Made by a program: the position numbers and the translations under genes. From positions 1 to 13,197 of the forward strand of contig CAXSGP010000115.1 of assembly GCA_964236955.1 (NCBI GenBank): a DNA stretch of 13,197 nucleotides. The letters run 5' to 3'. This document shows positions 1 through 5,995 of the stretch, piece by piece; position 1 is the first letter of the stretch; each line of letters opens with the position of its first letter. The notes under the pieces are model-generated. The model saw only the letters and a program-made list of their open reading frames with translations, had not been told where the DNA came from and ran no database searches. The DNA comes from an uncultured Oligoflexus sp. (GTDB lineage Bacteria; Bdellovibrionota_B; Oligoflexia; Oligoflexales; Oligoflexaceae).

Positions 1-507
1 CAGAAAATTCGCGGGCTTAGGATCTAAAGCCACACCGCCGGGACCATTGCCCGCGCCGCTCGCTCCGTGGCAAACGGCACAATTGTCAGCAAATAAACGG
101 GCGCCCTTGTTCAAACTTGGCCACATTGTTGGCGAAACACTAAGCTGGCTAGCCTCAAGCACCTTGCTTTGCATCGTCCTCGCGAGTACCGTTACCCTCG
201 ACGGGGGGGCCTTAGCACGAATCGCGAGATCCAATTCCGTCAGGCCGTCTTTAATATCCTCCCGACTCCTAAGCTCTCGAATATCAAGGCTGGCCTTAAG
301 TGCAGTATCAGCAAATTCCACCTGCTCGTCAAATTCGGAGGCGGATAGTAGGCTGCTGTCCTCACCAACCGCGCCTGGATAATCCTTGGCAAGATAGTCC
401 AGAAGATGAACGACCAAGCGTGCCGCATGCTTTTCTTCCGCACCAATCAGAGGACTACAGAAAAGATAAGTATAAGAAAGCAGAAAAACCAAGGTTCTTT
501 TATACAT
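1..507 (-). CDS. Cytochrome c / FTR1-family iron permease (PbrT-like), N-terminal part; runs off the left edge of the window
   Basis: Not in the ORF track because it has no stop in the window. Manual translation from ATG at 507 gives MYKRTLVFLLSYTYLFCSPLIGAEEKHAARLVVHLLDYLAKDYPGAVGED...SEFDEQVEFA...GARLFADNCAVCHGASGAGNGPGGVALDPKPANFL. It has a signal-peptide-like start, the LLDY..DYPGAV/E..EQ.EF pattern I recognise from cytochrome c-FTR1 fusions, and a CxxCH heme motif (CAVCH, 67-81). The FTR1 domain itself would lie outside the window. Confidence 0.8.
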   Translation of the reverse strand, partial: MYKRTLVFLLSYTYLFCSPLIGAEEKHAARLVVHLLDYLAKDYPGAVGEDSSLLSASEFDEQVEFADTALKASLDIRELRSREDIKDGLTELDLAIRAKAPPSRVTVLARTMQSKVLEASQLSVSPTMWPSLNKGARLFADNCAVCHGASGAGNGPGGVALDPKPANFL

Positions 508-538
508 GCAAAATTCTCATAATCTAACTGCGCAAAAG

Positions 539-555
539 TTGACTTCGGTTCTCAA
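539..555. promoter_or_regulatory. Possible Fur-like operator (TTGA-N9-TCAA inverted repeat)
   Basis: TTGACTTCGGTTCTCAA lies about 30 bp upstream of the iron-permease start. Outer arms and spacing match the 17-bp WTGAAAATNATTTTCAW-type Fur palindrome, but the core matches only partly. Confidence 0.3.
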
Positions 556-1029
556 TATCACACACTTTCGGGGAATCTTCTATTGCCTTGCAAAAAAATC
601 ACCTCTTCTCATTTGGCTGCTTTTAAGAAATGGGTTGATAAATTAATAAAATGAAGAGCCTTTGTAAACGATGGCGACGACGCACTGAAGGGACTCGAAT
701 TGAGGCTTGGCCATGTATTAAAGGCTTAGTTCCTGCGACTAAGGGGAATGCTGACTCAACTTATGGCATCAACTTTCCACTTGCCACTTGGCTTTGACTT
801 GCGTCTAAACCCAGTACCCAGCACCTGCCTGCCTCCAAGCAGGCAAAAAACCTGTCGGCATCAACAGTCCCCCTCTCCTGTATCGGCGCTCCTCACCTTC
901 CCTTTGATTAAAACCTTGCTCGCTGGATGAGCCGCCTTATGCCCGGACGAAATTTTGTAGTTTATCCCGACAGGATAGGAGGTTAAGTGGAATTTTCAGA
1001 TTGACCTCGAGTGGGCTATTCCAATGCTT

Positions 1030-1112
1030 ATGTCATAGGAATGTCAAAATTGTAAAACAACGGTAAAACGCCTGGGCAAAGGGTGGGAAACACGGGAGGA
1101 GATGCCTATACT
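1030..1112 (+). promoter_or_regulatory. Candidate activator-dependent promoter of the desaturase: direct repeats plus a -10 box
   Basis: TGTCA at 1031 and 1042 (11-bp period), GTAAAAC at 1052 and 1063 (11-bp period), TATACT -10 box at 1107-1112 with a poor -35 (TGGGAA). Confidence 0.35.
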
Positions 1113-1155
1113 CGCCGATAAGAAAGCACTGTCCTTTTTCCTAAGGAGAAACGCG

Positions 1156-2037
1156 ATGACAGCTACAACCGAAAGCATGGTGACAGCCATCAACCCTTCA
1201 AAGATCGATCTTACCCGATCCTTTCCCTTTATAGCTGTGCATATCGCCGGACTATGCGCCTTTTTCTTCGACTTCAATATGATGATGTTTTGGGTCTGTC
1301 TTGCGAGTTATTATGTTCGTATGATAGGGGTCACGGCTGGCTATCACAGATATTTTTCCCATCGAAGTTATAAGACCTCAAGAGTGTTTCAGTTTCTTTT
1401 GGCTTTTTTAGCGCAAACTTCGACACAAAAAGGCGTTTTATGGTGGGCAGCCCATCATCGCCACCATCACAAACATTCTGATACTGAGCAAGACGTTCAT
1501 TCACCAGTCACAAAGAGCTTTTGGTATTCGCACATGGGTTGGATCATGAGTCGATCCACCGAGGCTACGAATTGGAAATATATTCAGGACTTCGCGAAGT
1601 TTCCTGAGCTCCGCTGGCTCAATAAATACTATCTTGTGCCGCCTATACTCTATGCGTTAGCACTTTGGCTTACGTTAGGTTGGTCTGGGATCTTTTGGGG
1701 CTTCTTTTTTTCAACCATGTTGCTTTACCATGGCACTTTTTTTATCAATTCTCTGGCCCATGTATTGGGCAAAGTTCGCTACCGTTCTGGCGATGAAAGT
1801 CGCAATAGCTTTGTCCTGGCCTTATTAACTTGCGGTGAAGGGTGGCATAATAATCATCACTATTATCAAGCAACGGCCAATCAGGGCTGGTTCTGGTGGG
1901 AAATCGACTTATCTTTCTACACCTTGAAAATTTTATCCTGGCTGGGCATAGTGTGGGATCTTCGTCTGCCGCCGGCGCATATAAAGGCCCGGACAATAGC
2001 TGCAGAAGCTCTCATCAAGGTGACGAAAGCTGCTTAG
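1156..2037 (+). CDS. Acyl-CoA (delta-9-type) membrane fatty acid desaturase
   Basis: Three His boxes: HRYFSH, HRHHH and GEGWHNNHH, plus DVHSP, FWYSHMGW and INSLAH, with hydrophobic segments. The start is moved from 1102 to ATG 1156 because AAGGAG (1143-1148) precedes it. Confidence 0.95.
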   Translation: MTATTESMVTAINPSKIDLTRSFPFIAVHIAGLCAFFFDFNMMMFWVCLASYYVRMIGVTAGYHRYFSHRSYKTSRVFQFLLAFLAQTSTQKGVLWWAAHHRHHHKHSDTEQDVHSPVTKSFWYSHMGWIMSRSTEATNWKYIQDFAKFPELRWLNKYYLVPPILYALALWLTLGWSGIFWGFFFSTMLLYHGTFFINSLAHVLGKVRYRSGDESRNSFVLALLTCGEGWHNNHHYYQATANQGWFWWEIDLSFYTLKILSWLGIVWDLRLPPAHIKARTIAAEALIKVTKAA

Positions 2038-2078
2038 TTAAGGCTTTTTCATTGAGAGAACGGTTTATTCTTTCCTTC

Positions 2079-2597
2079 ATGATACAGATTAAAACGACCC
2101 GCTTATTTATAAGCCCGGCAAAGTATATCCGACCCTACCTCCAGGAAATGAAACGCAGCCACCTTAGCTTGGAGCCCGAGATTTATGGTGGGCGGCAAGA
2201 CTTTGAGCTGCGTGAGGATCAATGCGTCTTCACCATCGTCAGGCGGGATAGCAAAGAGTGGCTGGGAGGCCTTTCCCTGCACGGTATCGATATTAAAATG
2301 GCCAAATATGAAATTGGTTATTGGCTGCGCCCGGAATTCACTGGCAACGGCTACGCATCGGAAGCCGTCGTCGCCTTGACCCGGCTCCTATTTCTAAAGT
2401 ATCAGGCCAAAAAAGTTGAGATTCACTGCGACAGTCGCAATGCATCCAGCATCGCCCTGGCCCGTACCCTCGGGTTTTTGCCGGAAGCCATCTGGAGCAG
2501 AAAAGATAGCAAGGCCGGTGAGGAAAATAAAAACACGAGCCTAGTCTATGCGCGCTACGATGCCGAAGGCCTTGAAGATCCGGCGGCAAAGGTATGA
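2079..2597 (+). CDS. GNAT N-acetyltransferase, RimJ/RimL family
   Basis: MIQIKTTRL start, EIGYWL, acetyl-CoA motif FTGNGYASEA, and N.ASIALARTLGF..E. The ORF-track extension to 1896 overlaps the desaturase and is probably not real; ATG at 2079 is in frame. Confidence 0.85.
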   Translation: MIQIKTTRLFISPAKYIRPYLQEMKRSHLSLEPEIYGGRQDFELREDQCVFTIVRRDSKEWLGGLSLHGIDIKMAKYEIGYWLRPEFTGNGYASEAVVALTRLLFLKYQAKKVEIHCDSRNASSIALARTLGFLPEAIWSRKDSKAGEENKNTSLVYARYDAEGLEDPAAKV

Positions 2598-2645
2598 GCG
2601 TCGGGTGCCTTTATGAAGACGAAGGCGGTTCGCTTCAAAACATCA

Positions 2646-3110
2646 TCACAGCTTGACGTTTTTGTTATCGAGAAGTTCGGAGATTTCATTGAGGCGAGCC
2701 GCCACTTCTTGGAAGGCATCGCCTTTGCGTAGCTTGGTACGATATTTGAAATCGCTATTTTTAATGGCATCAAGATGGCGACTGAAAGCAATGGTGGGGC
2801 CGACCAGATTATGAGTAAAGATGATTGAGATGGCGATTGTCCCCAGAATATAGCCGCCAAGGCTTACGTAGACCCACGCCTGGATATTCTGCAGGTATGT
2901 CGTCACAACCTCGTGAAGTTTGACGTTATTATTGGTAAGTTCAAAAAACATATCATAAATGCTGCCAAGGTTTTCATAGAGTATGAAACCGACGAGCAAG
3001 GCAAAAATCAACGACAAGGCTATGCAATACAAACCGATTTTGGTTTGCAGCAAAGGATCTAAAAGTAGATTGGAAAGCTGGCGTTTTCTAAATTGTAAGC
3101 CAAAGTTCAT
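2646..3110 (-). CDS. Small inner-membrane protein with two TM helices and a C-terminal HAMP-like segment, no output domain
   Basis: Basic N-terminus (FRKRQ..LL.P..Q.K), two hydrophobic helices, then THNLVGP...LRKGDAFQEVAARLN, which is a HAMP-like pattern. The protein ends right after it. Confidence 0.7.
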   Translation of the reverse strand: MNFGLQFRKRQLSNLLLDPLLQTKIGLYCIALSLIFALLVGFILYENLGSIYDMFFELTNNNVKLHEVVTTYLQNIQAWVYVSLGGYILGTIAISIIFTHNLVGPTIAFSRHLDAIKNSDFKYRTKLRKGDAFQEVAARLNEISELLDNKNVKL

Positions 3111-3122
3111 GGAATGCTCTTT

Positions 3123-4049
3123 TCATGGCACTATATTGAATTGAAAACTTAACTCGCCGGCAAGACTCTGACGGAGCGGAAACGTCAATCCTCTCAGCTT
3201 AAGATTTAGACATTCGAGAAACACAGCATCACTTACACTGCTCTTTCTAATCTTAAGTGATTTTATTCCCTGTGCAATTCCAGAATATATAAAAGCATAG
3301 GTAAGCTGGCCCTTGGCCGTTTCATCTTTTTCCAAAAGGTCGGTATAGCAAGTCCGGATATCGGCGTCATTGCTCTGAATGACCCGGGACATGTCGCCGG
3401 CAAAGGAATTGAAGCGAAAAAGATCGAGCTTATAGAGCATCTTAATCGTGCGCACCCCGGTGACGACACGACGAAGGCCCTGGGTTTTGGCTGCTTCCGG
3501 GCCTTGATAACGATTGAATTCTTCCCCGGTGATCCCATCAAAAACTGTGGCGACATTCCCCTTCCAATTCTCGATGGGGAGATCGAGGCGGGTCGGCTTT
3601 AGCAAAATGTTGAATCGTTTGTCGGCCTTCAGGTAGACAAGGTACCAAAAACCCATAGACGAGATGCTGCGGGGCTTTACAACAATAGGTTTGGGATAGG
3701 GACCCTTCCAGGTTCGTCTATTGCCGCGTTCATCGACGAAGCTGCCGTCCATCAGATCATAGGTGTCTTCTTTGATCTTCCAAAAGTGCTGCGGTGGGAG
3801 GCTCGGCTCCTGAGTTGCGGTTGAGAAACTGTAGCTTATTTTCGTGCGGCGCCCTTTGAGGGTAAAAGTAAACTCACCATGTCTATGTTTCACCGTGTTG
3901 TCGATCATCAAACTATAAAGGGAAACGAGTCCCTGATCGGGTTCAATAATCTCGCCATTCCAAGGCTTAGGCAGTGAGGTTTGAGCGATGGCAAGGGTCG
4001 GCAGTACTATAGACAGCACGCTCAATAAGCAGAACGATGTTCTTATCAA
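3123..4049 (-). CDS. Secreted protein with a C-terminal AgmX/PglI-type (TonB-C-like) domain
   Basis: Signal peptide ending AIA-Q. The C-terminal IRTCYTDLLEKDETAKGQLTYAF...FLECL...LRGLTFP pattern has the paired Cys typical of AgmX/PglI C-terminal domains. TTG start with GGGGG upstream. Confidence 0.65.
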   Translation of the reverse strand: MIRTSFCLLSVLSIVLPTLAIAQTSLPKPWNGEIIEPDQGLVSLYSLMIDNTVKHRHGEFTFTLKGRRTKISYSFSTATQEPSLPPQHFWKIKEDTYDLMDGSFVDERGNRRTWKGPYPKPIVVKPRSISSMGFWYLVYLKADKRFNILLKPTRLDLPIENWKGNVATVFDGITGEEFNRYQGPEAAKTQGLRRVVTGVRTIKMLYKLDLFRFNSFAGDMSRVIQSNDADIRTCYTDLLEKDETAKGQLTYAFIYSGIAQGIKSLKIRKSSVSDAVFLECLNLKLRGLTFPLRQSLAGELSFQFNIVP

Positions 4050-4237
4050 AAGAGCCCCCGGAGCGTTGGTCGAAGAGACATTTTAACAAAATTCGGCTTT
4101 GAAGACACTGAGGATGGTGAAACATGGCGAATAATTCTGTGTCGACTGCCGGAAACGGCGAACCGCCGGCTTAACCGCGTTGAAGGCACAAGAGCTGCGA
4201 AGTTTAATGGCCAGGGACTCATAGCCGATCGGACCTT

Positions 4238-4795
4238 TTAAGGCTGTGATGAAAGGGGACCTAACTCAGTAAACACATCCTCCACCCTTTGATCGTGGGC
4301 ATCGAAGGGTAAGGATTCGACTAGAAATTCAGCGAAACACACTCCAATCGCAGGGCTAGTCCGGCCTGTCAGGTAGCGGTCATAAAAGCCTTTGCCATAT
4401 CCGAGTCGATAACCCTTTTTATCAAAGGCGAGGCCAGGAACAATTATTAATGTTTGGCCGTCGGCTATCAGCGGGTCTTCATCCCCCAGGGGTTCGGAAA
4501 GTCCCCAGCTGTTCACAGCCAGGGCATCGGACCCGCGAAAGGGATAAAATTCCATGGTTTTCGCTTTGGCATCAATCTTTGGTAAATAATAAGTTTGGCC
4601 TGGACTTAGGTCGAGCAAAGGCCCTAAGTCGACTTCGCCACGAAAACTTTTATAAAGGGCAACTTTTTGGGCCAGGTGAAATCGTGGCGACGCCACGAGT
4701 TGGTGACAAAGCATAAGACTGCGCCTCTGACATTCGATGCTATCGAGGACCAAACGTTGTTGCAGGAACGACTTGCGTAACTCCGATTTCACCAA
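4238..4795 (-). CDS. ygfA: 5-formyltetrahydrofolate cyclo-ligase
   Basis: KSELRK N-terminus, EVD, WGLSEP, IIVPGLAFDKKGYRLGYGKGFYDRYL, and HD..V..V.TE. Start is TTG 4795 or GTG 4792, with GAGGG upstream. Confidence 0.95.
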   Translation of the reverse strand: MVKSELRKSFLQQRLVLDSIECQRRSLMLCHQLVASPRFHLAQKVALYKSFRGEVDLGPLLDLSPGQTYYLPKIDAKAKTMEFYPFRGSDALAVNSWGLSEPLGDEDPLIADGQTLIIVPGLAFDKKGYRLGYGKGFYDRYLTGRTSPAIGVCFAEFLVESLPFDAHDQRVEDVFTELGPLSSQP

Positions 4796-4805
4796 TTTTC
4801 CCTCT

Positions 4806-4835
4806 AAAAAAAACGCTTCCCTTAGGGAAGCGTTT
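4806..4835 (-). terminator. Rho-independent terminator after the FN3-like protein gene
   Basis: Perfect 11-bp inverted repeat AAACGCTTCCC-tta-GGGAAGCGTTT (4811-4835). The A8 run at 4806-4813 gives a U-tract on the minus strand. It lies about 30 nt after the stop at 4864. Confidence 0.85.
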
Positions 4836-4863
4836 ACGGAATTTCATTTGAGAAAAAAAGAGC

Positions 4864-5832
4864 TTACTGCACAGAGACATTCTGTATCATTTGCCATTCC
4901 CATCGTCCGGCAACTTCGGAAAAGGCGCCGACCCGTACATCATAGGATCCAGGGTTCACCCCTTGAAGCGATACCGACGTTCCGGATGTTCCAAAGCGAT
5001 AGGATGGATTAGCGAAAGAGGAGCCCTTAGGCGTGAATTCCACCGAATAACGTGCGACTTTTTCTGCAGCCTGCCACGAGACGACGCCACCGTTTCCGGC
5101 GACTGAGCCACCGGGTGTTGGGGATTGAATAGGAAACGAACGATGCTCCGGTGCGGCAATGGTAAAACTTGAGACATCCGAGGCACCCGTCGAATTTTTA
5201 ACCTGCCAGTACCAGGTACCCGGATAAGGATTTTCAAAACTGAAGGTGCTCGCGCCGCTCAGTTTTACCGATTTGACAATCGGTGTCATGGATTTGTTGC
5301 GGGAGAAGACGATCTCGTCGGCAGGGCCCTCCCAGGTAAATTCGGAGACGCCCTGTGTTTCGTCATAGGACTGCGAACCGCCTGAGCCCGGTGAAACGAG
5401 TTTGATGGCACCCGTCGAAGGATTTCCCTCAGCGCCAGCCGCTCCCTTTGTGGTAGCAGCATCAGCTGTTTTTGCTTCTTCAGCTGGCTTTGCGCCATCC
5501 TTTGCTTCATCGGTCTTGGCCGCACCGTCCTCGCCGCCCTCTTCCGGCGTCGTTTCGTCAGCGACCTCTTCGGTGCTTTCGGTTCCCGGTTCGGCCAAAT
5601 ACCAGTAGGCACCGCCTAAGATGGCGACAGCGGCCACGCCGAGGATAATGAGTCGGCTTTTGCTCTCAGCTGAGAAGCCACCGCCTTTGAAAATTTGTGA
5701 AACAGCGTTGGTGTTTGTTCCAAAATCGCTGGTGAATTCACCCTTAAGTTCACTCGTAAAGGGATTGGACTGGGCGCCTGATGTCTGACTAAACGCTGCA
5801 TTTGAATTAGGATCTTGATTATTCTCGCTCAT
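4864..5832 (-). CDS. Single-pass membrane-anchored protein with an acidic low-complexity linker and two FN3/Ig-like beta domains
   Basis: Start at ATG 5832 (MSENNQD), preceded by AAGGAG. About 60-aa polar N-terminus, TM helix LIILGVAAVAILGGAYWYL, E/A/K/G-rich linker, then two similar units: LVSP..G...FTW...PGTWYWQV and IQSP..G...VSW...PGSYDVRV. Confidence 0.7.
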   Translation of the reverse strand: MSENNQDPNSNAAFSQTSGAQSNPFTSELKGEFTSDFGTNTNAVSQIFKGGGFSAESKSRLIILGVAAVAILGGAYWYLAEPGTESTEEVADETTPEEGGEDGAAKTDEAKDGAKPAEEAKTADAATTKGAAGAEGNPSTGAIKLVSPGSGGSQSYDETQGVSEFTWEGPADEIVFSRNKSMTPIVKSVKLSGASTFSFENPYPGTWYWQVKNSTGASDVSSFTIAAPEHRSFPIQSPTPGGSVAGNGGVVSWQAAEKVARYSVEFTPKGSSFANPSYRFGTSGTSVSLQGVNPGSYDVRVGAFSEVAGRWEWQMIQNVSVQ

Positions 5833-5910
5833 CCTTGTCTCCTTGAAATCCCGGTAGGCGGCTGACAGCATTTTCGTCTCTGAGCATGCGCTTTTGCCAC
5901 TCTACTGATT

Positions 5911-5939
5911 ATTGTAAATGCTCTCGGACCCCGTGGCAA
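5911..5939 (-). promoter_or_regulatory. Sigma70-type promoter for the FN3-like protein gene
   Basis: Minus-strand TTGCCA (5939-5934), a 17-bp spacer and TACAAT (5916-5911), in the intergenic gap about 80 bp upstream of ATG 5832. Confidence 0.6.
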
Positions 5940-5995
5940 GAATAGCGGGGCTGAACATCTTACATGTCAAAGATTTGGCGGAAAAATAAGAGGAG

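Noticed and set aside
47..527. Track ORFs 47..382(+), 240..446(-) and 300..527(+)
   Set aside because: They are shadows of the real minus-strand cytochrome c/FTR1 frame (507 to 1), which carries recognisable motifs.
918..1150. Cluster of about 10 GGA motifs suggesting CsrA sites or a Csr-type sRNA
   Set aside because: Few sit in convincing hairpin loops. The best one (CATAGGAATG) is better explained as part of the DNA direct repeat, and most lie upstream of the likely TSS near 1119.
1896..2078. N-terminal extension of the GNAT ORF; similarly 1102-1155 for the desaturase and 5833-5871 for the FN3-like gene
   Set aside because: Downstream starts fit the family N-termini and/or have clear SD sequences. 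The GNAT extension overlaps the desaturase.
2598..2645. Possible bidirectional terminator between convergent genes
   Set aside because: Only short imperfect stems (GCCTT/AAGGC) and no clear U-tract.
4101..4160. Hammerhead-ribozyme-like words CTGAGGA...GAAA on the plus strand
   Set aside because: Only 4 nt lie between CUGAGGA and GAAA, so there is no stem II. There is no stem III pairing, and the would-be cleavage triplet is CUG, which is not NUH.
4046..4222. 58-aa minus-strand ORF (MSPWPLNF...) whose stop overlaps the next TTG start
   Set aside because: No SD, Ser/Arg-rich non-protein-like composition, and it overlaps likely promoter and hairpin elements.
5400..5600. Repetitive-looking GC-rich stretch
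   Set aside because: It encodes a low-complexity Glu/Ala/Lys/Gly linker and has no regular nucleotide repeat unit, so it is not a CRISPR or tandem array.
5884..5900. Sigma54-like TGGCA...TGC on the minus strand
   Set aside because: The GG-to-GC spacing is 11 nt, not the required 10.
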